Notes: generated by a model from the sequence alone, not told the origin. DNA of 64,000 nucleotides from Myxococcota bacterium (GCA_965223705.1 OZ245015.1:4416001-4480000), one strand, 5' to 3'. Shown: positions 1 through 9,826, numbered from the stretch's first letter. Numbers and translations are program-made.

Positions 1-588
1 CAACTTGCGCAGCACCTGCAGACCGAGATTGAAATCCTCCCGGCGGCGTTCGACGACGACCTCCGGGAGCGGAGCCAAAGGCTCCGAATCCATCGCCGTC
101 ACAAAGAGAGAGTGGGGCTTGTCCGTCACTTCGGGCGTCCGACCGAACGGGCGCGCGCGGAGCGCCGTCCACTGTCCGGACTCGACGAGCAGCGCCACGA
201 TTTGATCGCGACTGAGAGAGCCCGGTGCGTCGCCGGTATACGCCGCGAACGAGCGCAGTTCGGCGTCGACCGTCTCATCGCCGCCGCGCTCCGCCTCTGA
301 CAGCTCGATCACGACCGATTGCAGCGCGCGCTTCGCTCCGCGGTTCACGCCGATGACGCGCCCGGCGCCCGGCGCCGTGTGGAGCACGCCGGGGCGCTTG
401 CGGTCCTCGAACAACACGTCGCCGCGCTTCACCGTGTCGCCTTCGGCGACTTGCATCGCCGGTCGCATACCCGGGAAGTCGTCCGCCATCACGGCCACCC
501 GTGTGGGGAAACGTTCCCCTCGGATCGCGTGAATCGGCGCTCCCTCGATGGGGAGGTCCAAACCTTTGGTGCTTTCGTGCAATGCCAT
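1..588 (-). CDS. nqrA: Na(+)-translocating NADH:quinone reductase subunit A (5' part; runs off window edge)
   Basis: Not in the ORF track. Manual translation from ATG at 588: MALHESTKGLDLPIEGAP...GMRPAMQVAEGDTVKRGDVLFEDRKRPGV...GVNRGAKRALQSVVI...LVESGQWTALRARPF...FVTAMDSEPLAP, which are typical NqrA motifs. Confidence 0.92.
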   Translation of the reverse strand, partial: MALHESTKGLDLPIEGAPIHAIRGERFPTRVAVMADDFPGMRPAMQVAEGDTVKRGDVLFEDRKRPGVLHTAPGAGRVIGVNRGAKRALQSVVIELSEAERGGDETVDAELRSFAAYTGDAPGSLSRDQIVALLVESGQWTALRARPFGRTPEVTDKPHSLFVTAMDSEPLAPLPEVVVERRREDFNLGLQVLRKL

Positions 589-928
589 GCTTCAGCCAGT
601 CCTAGCCGTCTCAGGCGGAGTGAGCCACAACGAGGGTGTCGAGGTGTCCCGACATCTGCGGGATGGAGCGGTCGCTGCGGAAATTAGTCCGCAACTTCGC
701 ACGGTTCCACCCTGCTCTGCCGACCTCGTGCGACTTCTTTAGCGGGCGCTCGGAGCGCGGGCGGGAACCTCGCCCGGGCGGGTGGGGTCTCTCTCAGCAC
801 TCCTTCAGCGCGGCCTTGTACCGGCCCCGGCGGGCTTCGGCCCCCGGGGCCGGAGCCGTTTCCGGCCGAACCCGAAATAGCCAAATTCTTAATAAAGTCG
901 CTACGTTACGGTCAGGAGGTGCCTGCCC

Positions 929-1948
929 GTGGCTCTGCGAATGATCGAAGTCCAAGTGCCTGACGACCGCGCGGAACAAGCTTCTCAATCCCTCGAGGAG
1001 GTCGGGGCGGAGCAGGTTTGGACCGAGCAGCGCGGTGCCCCCGAACGATCGACCGTGGTGGCCATCCTCGCTGCGGGCAAGACCGGCCGTGCGCTCGATC
1101 TCCTCTACGAGCGCATCGCGGGGGCGAAGGACTTTCGGGCGTTCGTGCATCCGCTGGATGCCGTGCTCCCACGGCCTTACGCGAGTAGTGATTCGAAGAA
1201 CCGCCGAGGGCGGGCTCGTTCGTCCGAAGGCGTCTCCCGCGAGGAGGTCTACGCCAACGTGAGCGATGGCGCGGAGCTCGGCGTCCCGTATCTGGCGTTC
1301 ACGCTGCTCGCGGCGATCGTCGCGGCCATCGGGATGACCACCGACAACACCGCGGCCGTGATCGGGGCGATGGTGGTGGCGCCGCTCCTCGGCCCCAACA
1401 TGGGCCTCGCCCTGGGCCTGACGCTGGGCGATCGCAAACTGATCGGCGAGTCGGCGCGCAGCGGGCTCGCAGGGCTGGTGCTCGCCTACGCCGCGGCCCT
1501 CATTCTCGGCCTGTTCCTCGAGGTCGATATGTCGATCGCAGAGGTCGCGGCCCGGACGCGGGTCACACCGTGGGACATCCTGCTGGGCTTGGCCGCGGGA
1601 GCTGCGGGTACGCTCGCGGTGACGACTGGGGCGCCGTCCTCTCTCGTCGGCGTCATGGTCGCGGTTGCGTTGATGCCGCCAGCTGTCGCCAGTGGACTGC
1701 TCCTCAGCGAGGGCTATTTCCGGGGTGCCGGTGCCGCCATGGTGCTCACGGTGGTGAACGTCACGTCGATCCTGCTCGCGGCGATGGCGACGTTTATCTG
1801 GCGGGGGATGCGCCCTCGGCACTGGTGGGAAGCCGGCGCCGCTGCGGAAAGCTCTCGGCGCGGCCTGATGGCCGCCGCAGCACTGCTCGTCATGCTCGCG
1901 GTCGCGCTGATGGTCGCGCAGCGGCTCGCCGAGCTTCGCGCGGGATAA
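929..1948 (+). CDS. TIGR00341/DUF389 family membrane protein
   Basis: AVIGAMVVAPLLGP and LVGVMVAVALMPP motifs, multiple TM helices; SD AGGAGG upstream of GTG. Confidence 0.85.
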   Translation: MALRMIEVQVPDDRAEQASQSLEEVGAEQVWTEQRGAPERSTVVAILAAGKTGRALDLLYERIAGAKDFRAFVHPLDAVLPRPYASSDSKNRRGRARSSEGVSREEVYANVSDGAELGVPYLAFTLLAAIVAAIGMTTDNTAAVIGAMVVAPLLGPNMGLALGLTLGDRKLIGESARSGLAGLVLAYAAALILGLFLEVDMSIAEVAARTRVTPWDILLGLAAGAAGTLAVTTGAPSSLVGVMVAVALMPPAVASGLLLSEGYFRGAGAAMVLTVVNVTSILLAAMATFIWRGMRPRHWWEAGAAAESSRRGLMAAAALLVMLAVALMVAQRLAELRAG

Positions 1949-1996
1949 CGCGCCGGTTCAAGCGCCGCGCGCGGGTTGACGCGCCGGTTCAAGCGC
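1937..1996. repeat. Imperfect 31-bp-period tandem duplication at the junction of two convergent genes
   Basis: cgcgcgggataacgcgccggttcaagcgc (1937-1965) vs cgcgcgggttgacgcgccggttcaagcgc (1968-1996), 27/29 identical. Confidence 0.8.
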
Positions 1997-3110
1997 GCGC
2001 GCAGGCCGCCGCCAGCGTACCGAGCGCCGTGCCGCGACGGGGTTGCCGGACCTCGTGTCGATCGAGGCCGTTGGTCACATAGCCGAAGGAAAGGCCGGTT
2101 TCGGGATCGCCCCAGGCGAGCTGTCCACCGGCCCCGTTGTGTCCGACCGCGCGCGGGGAGACGCCGCGTCCGAGACCGCGGACATGGGAGAAACCGTCGT
2201 CGCCGGCCTGAAAAAGGCCCAACGTCCGGTTCGCCGGCGCGCCGGTCACCGGATCCGGCAATCGATTGCGCACGTTCCCGACGGCATCCGCCAAGATGTC
2301 CGCGCGCCATATCGAGCCGGGATTGCGGAGCACCGCTTGGTAGAACAGTGCGAGATCCTCGGCGCGGCCGACGCCGCCTCCGCCGGGTACGCCGACCGCG
2401 CGCACCTCGGGGTCGTTAAAGAGCAGCAGCATGTCTTCGGTCGTCGCCGGATCGCCGGGGAGTTCGCGAACCCCGAACGTCGCCTCGAGTTCGTCAGGCG
2501 TCGCGTGATCGCCGACCGGCGTGAGCGTCGCGAATTCCCCGGTTTCGGCGCCCGTCACGCCGAGTAGCTTCGGCAGGCCGGCGGGCTCCGTCACGCGCGT
2601 GGCGACGACGTCGCGAAAATCTCGGCCGGCAACCACTTCGAGGATCTCGGCCAGGACCCAGTGTGCCGAGGTCGGGTGATAGACGTAACGCGTCCCCGGC
2701 TCCCACTCGAGGCGCCAGCGAGCGAACGCGCCGAGCCGGCCCTCGCGAGTCGCCCACACCGGTGGGCCGAGCGGTGCACCGGGGAAGCCGGCGGTGTGAA
2801 GCATCACTTGCTCGACCGTCACCCGATCCTTGTCGTGCGTGTCGAACGCCGGGACGTACTCGACGACCCGTTTCGCCGGATCGATCTCGCCGTCTCCGAT
2901 CAAGGCCCACACGGCTCCCGCGACGAGCGGCTTCGTCGCTGAAAAGAGCGCGAAGCGCGACTGCCCGGTCGCGGCTCCGAAGCAAGCCGACGCGACGATT
3001 TCGCCGTCGAGCGCCAGGGCGACCTGGCAACCCGGGAGCAGGCCTTCGTCGATTTCCCGACGGGCGCGGGCGAGCAATGCGTTGACGGCGGACGAATCGA
3101 GTTTTCCCAT
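1989..3110 (-). CDS. Serine hydrolase, beta-lactamase/esterase family VIII-like
   Basis: FSATK (SxxK), MLHTAG, WEPGTRYVYHP, VGHNGAGG; start MGKLDSS at 3110. Confidence 0.85.
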   Translation of the reverse strand: MGKLDSSAVNALLARARREIDEGLLPGCQVALALDGEIVASACFGAATGQSRFALFSATKPLVAGAVWALIGDGEIDPAKRVVEYVPAFDTHDKDRVTVEQVMLHTAGFPGAPLGPPVWATREGRLGAFARWRLEWEPGTRYVYHPTSAHWVLAEILEVVAGRDFRDVVATRVTEPAGLPKLLGVTGAETGEFATLTPVGDHATPDELEATFGVRELPGDPATTEDMLLLFNDPEVRAVGVPGGGGVGRAEDLALFYQAVLRNPGSIWRADILADAVGNVRNRLPDPVTGAPANRTLGLFQAGDDGFSHVRGLGRGVSPRAVGHNGAGGQLAWGDPETGLSFGYVTNGLDRHEVRQPRRGTALGTLAAACARA

Positions 3111-3147
3111 GCCGCGGAGTATGGAGGCGATGGCGTATGCTCGCACG
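3111..3147. promoter_or_regulatory. Back-to-back candidate leaderless promoters
   Basis: Minus: CATACT (3123-3118), 7 nt, ATG(3110). Plus: TATGCT (3136-3141), 6 nt, ATG(3148). Confidence 0.5.
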
Positions 3148-4272
3148 ATGTCCTCGGACACACCGCGAAGCGCGTTCGAACCGCCGCTCTTGCGAACCCA
3201 GGCGTTCTGCCGAGTCCTGAAAGACGCGGACTTCGCCGTCACCCACACGCGGTTTGTCGATGCTTGCCGAGCCATTGGCGAAATCGAGTGGAACAACGAG
3301 GAAGATTTCCGCGTTGCCCTGCGCACGAACCTCGTCAACAGCCGCGAACAAGAAATCGTGTTCGACCGCCTCTTCGATGCGTTTTGGCGCGAACAACCCG
3401 AGGACGAAACGCCGGAACGCGCGCTCCCCCTGCGCCCCGAGCCCGTCCAGGGACGGCTCCAAGACGGTTGGAAAGAAACGCACCGCGACTTGCTCTCGGA
3501 CACGGATCATTTCAGTCCTGACGAGATGATGCGCGATCTGAACCTGGCGCTTCGTTGGGACGAGCAAGGCATGCCGCTCGAAGCGATCGTCCGGGCGCTC
3601 GCGAAGAAGCTCTCGACCCGACCGAGCCGGCGACGCGTGCCGGCGACGGGCGGCGAACGCATCGACTTGCGCCGTACCTTGCGTCACTTCGCCCGAACCG
3701 GCGCCGAATGGGCGCCCCTCTGTCGCTCCGATCGCCGCGTACGCAAGACGCGTCTCGTGCTCTTGTGCGACGTCAGTGGATCGATGGACGCGTACAACCC
3801 GTTTCTCTTGCGGTTGATGCTGTCTCTCCAAAAAGAGTTGCCCGGGTCGCGGACGGTCGTGTTCAGCACTCGGGTCACCGAGATCACACAGCTCCTACGG
3901 CGGCGAAGTGCGGTCGACACACTGCGAGAGGTCTCTCGTTCCGTGCGTCACTGGTCGGGTGGAACCGACATCGGAAAGGGCCTCGCCATGTTGAACCGGG
4001 GGATCCTCCGGGAAGGAAAGGCGCGGTCGACGGTCGCCATCGTCATCAGCGACGGCTACGACCAGGGCGACCCGGACGTGATCCGCGAGGAGTTACAGAC
4101 GTTGAAACGGCGCGTTCGAAGCCTTGTCTGGATCAACCCCATGTACGGAAGCATGAGTTACGAACCGACGGCGACCGGCATGCGCGCGGCGATGCCCTTC
4201 GTCGACCATTTCCTGCCCGCATGGGACGCCGCCTCGCTTCGAACTCTCGTGCGCGAGCTCGGAACGGTCTAG
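3148..4272 (+). CDS. VWA domain protein, CoxE-like
   Basis: FDRLFDAFW, RIDLRRTLR, LCDVSGSM (MIDAS), WSGGTDIG, VISDGYD, LVWINP. Confidence 0.88.
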   Translation: MSSDTPRSAFEPPLLRTQAFCRVLKDADFAVTHTRFVDACRAIGEIEWNNEEDFRVALRTNLVNSREQEIVFDRLFDAFWREQPEDETPERALPLRPEPVQGRLQDGWKETHRDLLSDTDHFSPDEMMRDLNLALRWDEQGMPLEAIVRALAKKLSTRPSRRRVPATGGERIDLRRTLRHFARTGAEWAPLCRSDRRVRKTRLVLLCDVSGSMDAYNPFLLRLMLSLQKELPGSRTVVFSTRVTEITQLLRRRSAVDTLREVSRSVRHWSGGTDIGKGLAMLNRGILREGKARSTVAIVISDGYDQGDPDVIREELQTLKRRVRSLVWINPMYGSMSYEPTATGMRAAMPFVDHFLPAWDAASLRTLVRELGTV

Positions 4273-4300
4273 CCCGCTGCAACAGCGGTCTTCGTCGCGA

Positions 4301-5092
4301 CTACCAGGCCGTCCAGCCGCCGTCGACGGGAACGACCGAACCGGTGACGTACGTCGACATCGGAGAAGCCAAGAAGACGATGGCGGGTTCGATCTCTTCG
4401 AGCTTTCCGGTGCGGCCCATGGGGGTCATCAGTTCCATGCGCTCCCGCATCTCCGTCGGGATGTCGCCCGTCCGCGGATCGACCGTCATCTCCGTCGGGA
4501 AGTAGGAAGGGGCGACGGCGTTGACCGTGATCCCGTGTCGCGCCCACTCGATCGCGAGTTGTCGCGTCAACCCGTGCACGCCGTGCTTCGCCGCCTGGTA
4601 GCTGACGCAACGGTGAACGGAATTCGCGACGAGGCCCATCACCGAAGAGAGGTAAATGATCCGCCCCGCGGAATCGCCGCGATCGATCATGCGGTTTGCG
4701 AAAATCTGCGACAGCTCGAACGCCGCCGTCAGATCGATCGCCATCACCTGATCCCATTCGTCCCGGGTGTGGCGCTCCGCGCGGCGCAACTTCGCAACGC
4801 CCGCTCCGTGGAGCAGCACCGAGACGGGACCCAACTGCCGCTCGGTCTCGTCGAAGGCGGCCTCGATTTGCCCTCGATCCGTGACGTCGGCGGGAATGGC
4901 AGCCGCCTTGACACCGAGGGGTTCGAGCTCGGACGCCAGAGCTTTGAGGCGATCTTCCCGACGCGCCACCAACGCGACATCCGCTCCAGCCTTGGCCAAC
5001 GCGCGGGCCGCGTGTGTTCCCAAGCCACTCGACGCACCGGTGACCAGCGCAACTTGGCCCTTCAATCCGAACATGGATTCCAAATGGGTCAA
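4301..5092 (-). CDS. Short-chain dehydrogenase/reductase (SDR)
   Basis: TGASSGLG, YQAAK catalytic motif, VPVDGGW; TTG start overlaps upstream TGA (alternative ATG at 5074). Confidence 0.9.
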   Translation of the reverse strand: MTHLESMFGLKGQVALVTGASSGLGTHAARALAKAGADVALVARREDRLKALASELEPLGVKAAAIPADVTDRGQIEAAFDETERQLGPVSVLLHGAGVAKLRRAERHTRDEWDQVMAIDLTAAFELSQIFANRMIDRGDSAGRIIYLSSVMGLVANSVHRCVSYQAAKHGVHGLTRQLAIEWARHGITVNAVAPSYFPTEMTVDPRTGDIPTEMRERMELMTPMGRTGKLEEIEPAIVFLASPMSTYVTGSVVPVDGGWTAW

Positions 5093-6213
5093 GACTGACC
5101 TCCTACCGGCTTTCGCAGACCGGCTTGCTCGAGTAGCGGAATGACTTCGGCGGCAAACCGCGCGAGCCCTTCTCGGTAGTTCACCCAGGAAAGCGTGACG
5201 CCGTCGATCCCCGTCTCCTTGAAAGCGACCAACTGATCGGCGACTTGCTGCGCGTCGCCGATCACGGGAAGCGCGGCGTAGCCTTCGACGAGATGGCGCA
5301 GCATTTCTTGATCGCGAGCGGGGTCGAAACTCCCGGATTCGGGCTGCACGCCGCCGAGCAGGTTGCGAGCGGCTTCCCAGTCGCCCTCCTCCTCGACGTA
5401 GTAGCGGTAGAAATCGCGTGCGTCTCTTTCCGAATCGCCCAGAACGATCGCGGTCATGCCCCAAATCGAGACCTCGCGGTCGTTTTCGGCCGCGAGCTTG
5501 CGGACATCGGCCACGATCTCGCGAACGGCATCGAGATCGGGGGCGAGTAGAAAGTTCAAGTCCGCGTGCTTTGCCGCAAACGCGCGGCCGGCCGGGCTCA
5601 CGCCCGCGCTCATCACCATCGGGTAGGGCTTTTGCACGGGCTTCGGCTCCGCATACGCGGCGGGACAATCGAAGTACTTGCCATCGAAGTCGAAATCTCC
5701 CGGTTCCGTCCACAGGCGTTTGATGAGCTCGATCCACTCTTCGGCAACCTGGTAGCGCTCTTCGTGAGGGAGTTGCGATTTGCCGAACATTTCGAATTCC
5801 GGTGCGTTCCATCCCGCCACGATGTTCAAACCGAAGCGACCATTCGAGATGTGGTCGATCGTGGTCGCCTGTTTCGCAGCGAGGACCGGATGAATGGTCG
5901 GAACGTGGCTCGTCGCAAAGATGGCGATCCGTTCGGTCGCCTGAGCCAAGCCCGCCGCCCAGGTATACGTTTCGAAAGTTCGGTGGTTGAAATTCGTATC
6001 GCCGCCAAAGCCTTTCCAACGGGCGACGGGCACCATGGCCTCAATTCCCGCTCGATCGGCGGCCACGGCGAGCTCAACGCTCTCCGGCCAATTGACCTCG
6101 ATATTCCCGGGAGCCTTCGTGATGGAGCAGCCGTGACTCACATTGACCCCGAAAACGCCCAATTTGAGCGAATTCTCTCCAAGCACGGCGGTTCGGTCGT
6201 TCGGGTCGGACAT
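5089..6213 (-). CDS. LLM-class flavin-dependent monooxygenase (RutA/SsuD-like)
   Basis: PVARWKGFGG, ETYTWAAGLA, TIDHISNGRFGLNIVAGW, AGVSPAGRAFAA. Confidence 0.9.
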   Translation of the reverse strand: MSDPNDRTAVLGENSLKLGVFGVNVSHGCSITKAPGNIEVNWPESVELAVAADRAGIEAMVPVARWKGFGGDTNFNHRTFETYTWAAGLAQATERIAIFATSHVPTIHPVLAAKQATTIDHISNGRFGLNIVAGWNAPEFEMFGKSQLPHEERYQVAEEWIELIKRLWTEPGDFDFDGKYFDCPAAYAEPKPVQKPYPMVMSAGVSPAGRAFAAKHADLNFLLAPDLDAVREIVADVRKLAAENDREVSIWGMTAIVLGDSERDARDFYRYYVEEEGDWEAARNLLGGVQPESGSFDPARDQEMLRHLVEGYAALPVIGDAQQVADQLVAFKETGIDGVTLSWVNYREGLARFAAEVIPLLEQAGLRKPVGGQS

Positions 6214-6269
6214 GGCGGTTCTCCGTAGTGCGGGCGTAGACTATAGATCGACTCCGACCCGAGGTGCCC

Positions 6270-6899
6270 ATGACAGACCTGCGCCGAGAGCCCGTGCGCG
6301 ACCTTTCGACCCTGCAAGCCCTGGTCGGGGGGGAGCCCCATCCGATCGTTCCGAAGAAGATCTTCGAGCGCGCCGAAGAGAGCGCGGCGCGTTTCATTGA
6401 GCAGTCTCCGTTCCTGCTCTTGTCGACCAGCGATCGCCAAGGGCGCCAGGACGTCTCGCCGAAGGGCGACGCCGCGGGGTTCGCGTGGCTCGAGGACGAC
6501 CACACCTTGTGGATTCCCGATCGGCCGGGGAACAAACTCGCTTTCGGCCTGAAAAACATTCTCGAGAACCCGCAGGTCGGCGTGCTGTTTCTCCTGCCCG
6601 GGACCGAGGAGACTTTGCGCATCAACGGGAGCGCCGAAATTCACGCCGCGCCGGAGATCCTCGATCGGCTCGCCGCGCGCGGCAAGCCGGCGATCGTCGC
6701 GATTCGCGTCGACATCAAAGAATGTTTTTTCCACTGCGCAAAAGCGTTCAAACGATCGAACCTCTGGAAACAAGAGACCTGGCCCGAGCGGTTCCGCATT
6801 TCGTTCGGGCAAATGCTCGCGCCGCGCGTCGGCGGCGGAGAAAAAGAAGCCGCACAGATCGACGCGATCGTGGAAGAGGATTACCGCCACGGCCTGTAG
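6270..6899 (+). CDS. Pyridoxamine 5'-phosphate oxidase-like FMN-binding protein (MSMEG_1061 family)
   Basis: DVSPKGD, IPDRPGN, ETLRINGSA, FFHCAKAFKRSNLW. Confidence 0.88.
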   Translation: MTDLRREPVRDLSTLQALVGGEPHPIVPKKIFERAEESAARFIEQSPFLLLSTSDRQGRQDVSPKGDAAGFAWLEDDHTLWIPDRPGNKLAFGLKNILENPQVGVLFLLPGTEETLRINGSAEIHAAPEILDRLAARGKPAIVAIRVDIKECFFHCAKAFKRSNLWKQETWPERFRISFGQMLAPRVGGGEKEAAQIDAIVEEDYRHGL

Positions 6900-6919
6900 G
6901 CCTAGCCAAGGAGCAAGTT

Positions 6920-8413
6920 ATGCCGCTCAAGAGCCCCGAAGAATATCTCGAAAGCCTCGCCGCCATGAAGATCCGCGCCTACGTGGGAGGCGAGCGCGTC
7001 GAAAGCATCGTCGACCACCCGGCGATCGCGCCCCACATCAACACGGTCGCAAAGACGTACGAGCTCGCGCACGACCCGGAGCACGCCGAGGTCATGACGG
7101 CGGAGAGTCATCTCTCGGGTGAGCGCATCCATCGCTACACCCACATCTTCCAGAACGCCGACGACCTGGTGAAGAAGATCCAGATGCTTCGGCTGCTCGG
7201 TCAGAAGACCGGGACCTGCTTCCAGCGCTGCGTAGGCCTCGATGCGTTGAACGCGACGTACGCGGTGTCCTACGAGATCGACCAAGCGGCCGGCACCGAC
7301 TATCACGAACGATTCAAGCGCTACCTCCGCAAAGTACAGGACGCGGATCTCATGGTCGCCGGCGCGATGACGGATCCGAAGGGTCACCGTTCGAAGTCGC
7401 CGTCTCAGCAGGATGACCCCGACGCCTTCGTCCGCGTGGTCGAGCGGCGCGAAGACGGTGTCGTCATCCGCGGTGCCAAGCTCCACAACACAGGCGGAAT
7501 CAATTCCCACGAGATCTTGGTGCTACCGGGAACGGGCCTCAGAGAAGGCGAAGAAGACTACGCCATCGCTTGTGGAGTCCCCGCCGACGCCGATGGCGTG
7601 CTCTTTATCTTCGGGCGCCAGTCGAACGACGGACGAAAACTCGAGCGGGGTTGCGCGGACTATGGCAATCCGCGCTTTGGTGTTGTCGGCGGCGAGGCGA
7701 TGGTCGTTTTCGACGACGTCTTCATCCCCAACGATCGCATCTTCATGAACGGAGAAACCGCGCACTGCGGAACGCTCGTCAACTACTTCGCCACTTGGCA
7801 CCGAGCGAATTACGGCGGCTGCAAGGGCGGCAATGCTGACGTGTTGATCGGCGCGACGGCGAAGACGACGAAAATTCTGGGGACGGATCGCAACGGCATC
7901 GTTCGCGACAAGCTGACCGAGATGGTTCACTTGAACGAGACGACGTACGCGTCCGCTATCGGCGCAAGCGCGATGGGCTACGAACTTCCTTGCGGCTCGT
8001 TCATGGTCGACCCCATGATGGCGAACACGGTCAAACAGAACATCACGCGCAACGTCTATCAAATCGGGCGCTTGAGCCACGATCTCGCCGGCGGTTTCCT
8101 CGCGACCATGCCCGACAACACGGCTTTCGAGAACCCGGAGATCGGAGGCTACGTCCGGAAATACCACACGGCGAACCCGGAATACGACGTGATGGAGCGG
8201 GTGCGCATGGGCCGCTACATCGAGGGAATGACCTCGGTCACCACCATGGTCGAAGCGATGCACGGCGCGGGCTCCCCCCAGGCGCAACGCATCGTAATGA
8301 TGGGGCAGGCGAAGATCGACGATAAGATCCGGATGGCCGAAGAAGTCATCAACGGGGACGACGATCTCGAAGGCCTACCCCTGCGCGGCATCACGGAATC
8401 GAGCGAAGACTGA
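6920..8413 (+). CDS. 4-hydroxybutyryl-CoA dehydratase-like protein (AbfD; HpaB/acyl-CoA dehydrogenase fold)
   Basis: TCFQRCVG and H-R-A-N-YGGCK [4Fe-4S] ligand motifs, GAMTDPKG, EAMHGAGSPQAQR; SD AAGGAG. Confidence 0.85.
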   Translation: MPLKSPEEYLESLAAMKIRAYVGGERVESIVDHPAIAPHINTVAKTYELAHDPEHAEVMTAESHLSGERIHRYTHIFQNADDLVKKIQMLRLLGQKTGTCFQRCVGLDALNATYAVSYEIDQAAGTDYHERFKRYLRKVQDADLMVAGAMTDPKGHRSKSPSQQDDPDAFVRVVERREDGVVIRGAKLHNTGGINSHEILVLPGTGLREGEEDYAIACGVPADADGVLFIFGRQSNDGRKLERGCADYGNPRFGVVGGEAMVVFDDVFIPNDRIFMNGETAHCGTLVNYFATWHRANYGGCKGGNADVLIGATAKTTKILGTDRNGIVRDKLTEMVHLNETTYASAIGASAMGYELPCGSFMVDPMMANTVKQNITRNVYQIGRLSHDLAGGFLATMPDNTAFENPEIGGYVRKYHTANPEYDVMERVRMGRYIEGMTSVTTMVEAMHGAGSPQAQRIVMMGQAKIDDKIRMAEEVINGDDDLEGLPLRGITESSED

Positions 8414-8417
8414 CCGC

Positions 8418-9104
8418 CTAGGGTCGGGTCTGGTTGCCCTGTAGCGTCCAGCCGATGTCGTCTCCGCCGGGGCCGTCCAGTGCGGTCCCGTCGTTGAAGC
8501 TCGTCTCGAACAGACCATTGGGTCCGGCTGACAGGCAGAGGACGGCGTGCTCGTCCTCTTCCGCGGGCGTCACTCCGGCGACGTTCGCGCCGTCCAAGTA
8601 GCGCACGTTGCACACGTACGGGCGGTTCCACGGATCCATGGGAATCGACTGGAGGTACGGCCCGTTCCAGCCCGGCGGCTGAGGCGGAGAAGCGCTCGCT
8701 GTGTAGAGCGGATCGACCGTATCGGTTCTGTTGAAGATCAAGTGATCTTCCAAGGCACCCGCATTGCCGAGGTTCCGCCAGCGATTGTCTCCGGGCGCAG
8801 CTCCCGCTCCGCCCGGGATGGCTGCCGGCGCGATATCCGCCTGGGAGAGGCTGACCAAGCGGGAGAGCTCTCCCCGGTCGAGCATATTCGCGTCGTTGTT
8901 CACCGGCCAGAAACCGCTGTCCAAGTTGAACGCGAGAATCGCTTGACCGAGCGTCTGCGAATCCGACAACGCGCGCGCGCGTCGACCGTCGTTGACGTAT
9001 TTGATGACGAGAGGCGTTAGGGCTGCCGATAGAATGGCCAAGATCGCGACAGCAACCAGGATCTCGACGAGCGTGAAACCCTGACGTCGATGGTTCAATT
9101 CCAT
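8418..9104 (-). CDS. Type IV (pseudo)pilin, enlarged GspG-like
   Basis: Class III signal RRQG|FTLVEIL, GWNGPYL, DPWNRPY, SAGPNG...GGDDIG. Confidence 0.85.
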   Translation of the reverse strand: MELNHRRQGFTLVEILVAVAILAILSAALTPLVIKYVNDGRRARALSDSQTLGQAILAFNLDSGFWPVNNDANMLDRGELSRLVSLSQADIAPAAIPGGAGAAPGDNRWRNLGNAGALEDHLIFNRTDTVDPLYTASASPPQPPGWNGPYLQSIPMDPWNRPYVCNVRYLDGANVAGVTPAEEDEHAVLCLSAGPNGLFETSFNDGTALDGPGGDDIGWTLQGNQTRP

Positions 9105-9826
9105 TTCGGAATCTCCTTTGCGGGGGAAAGCTTGCGTGGGGGCGTTGTGACGGACGGCGCGGTGGCGCCTAACTGAGTCAACCGCTGCACTCGGGCGCGT
9201 ACGGCCGGACGGTCCCTGTCGCCGGTTTCCGAGAGCGCGAGAAAATCGCGGTAGTGGTGAATGGCTTCGGGGGTGCGGCCCGCCCGATCAAAGGCCAGGG
9301 CTAGATTGAAGACGGCGTTCGCGTCGCGCGGCGTGGACTCGATCGCTTCCGCGAGAACCGCGATCGCCTCGGCATGTGCGCCGGTTTCGCTCAGCGCGGC
9401 GCCGAGATTGATCAACACCTCGAGCTCGTCACCGCCATGGTGCCGCGCCCGAACCAGTGAAGCGACGGCCTCACGCGGTCGACCCGCGCGCAGCGCTTGT
9501 GTGCCCCGAACGCTCGAGATATCCGGGTAGTCGGGCCGCAGTGCTTCGGCCTTGTCGAGCCACGAAAGCGCTTCATCGATTTCTTCGAGCTCGATCAAGA
9601 CGCGCGCGAGATTTACCATCGCCTCGACGTAATGCGGTTCGCGTTCGATCGCCTTGTGGTAGAGCTCGGACGCCTGGACGTAGTCCCCCCGTCGATGCGC
9701 CGCGATCGCGGTTGTGAACTCCGTCTCGCTCGCCCGGATCTCCGCGTATCGCTCTTCTTCTTCCGTCGCCGCATGCGCCGCGGATGCCACCGCGACCGCG
9801 AAGAGCAGCGTGCTGAAACGTTTCAT
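9095..9826 (-). CDS. Exported tetratricopeptide-repeat protein (MshN-like position)
   Basis: Sec signal MKRFSTLLFAVAVASAAHA; several TPR motifs (EAMVNLA, VLINLGAAL, AVFNLALAF). Confidence 0.8.
   Translation of the reverse strand: MKRFSTLLFAVAVASAAHAATEEEERYAEIRASETEFTTAIAAHRRGDYVQASELYHKAIEREPHYVEAMVNLARVLIELEEIDEALSWLDKAEALRPDYPDISSVRGTQALRAGRPREAVASLVRARHHGGDELEVLINLGAALSETGAHAEAIAVLAEAIESTPRDANAVFNLALAFDRAGRTPEAIHHYRDFLALSETGDRDRPAVRARVQRLTQLGATAPSVTTPPRKLSPAKEIPKWN

Noticed and set aside
1937..1996. Mini-CRISPR array
   Set aside because: Only two copies, separated by 2 bp, with no spacer and no cas genes.
1989..3110. True beta-lactamase resistance gene
   Set aside because: No signal peptide, and the motifs fit cytoplasmic family VIII esterase-like serine hydrolases.
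6920..8413. 4-hydroxyphenylacetate 3-monooxygenase (HpaB)
   Set aside because: The Fe-S ligand Cys/His motifs indicate the AbfD branch of the family.
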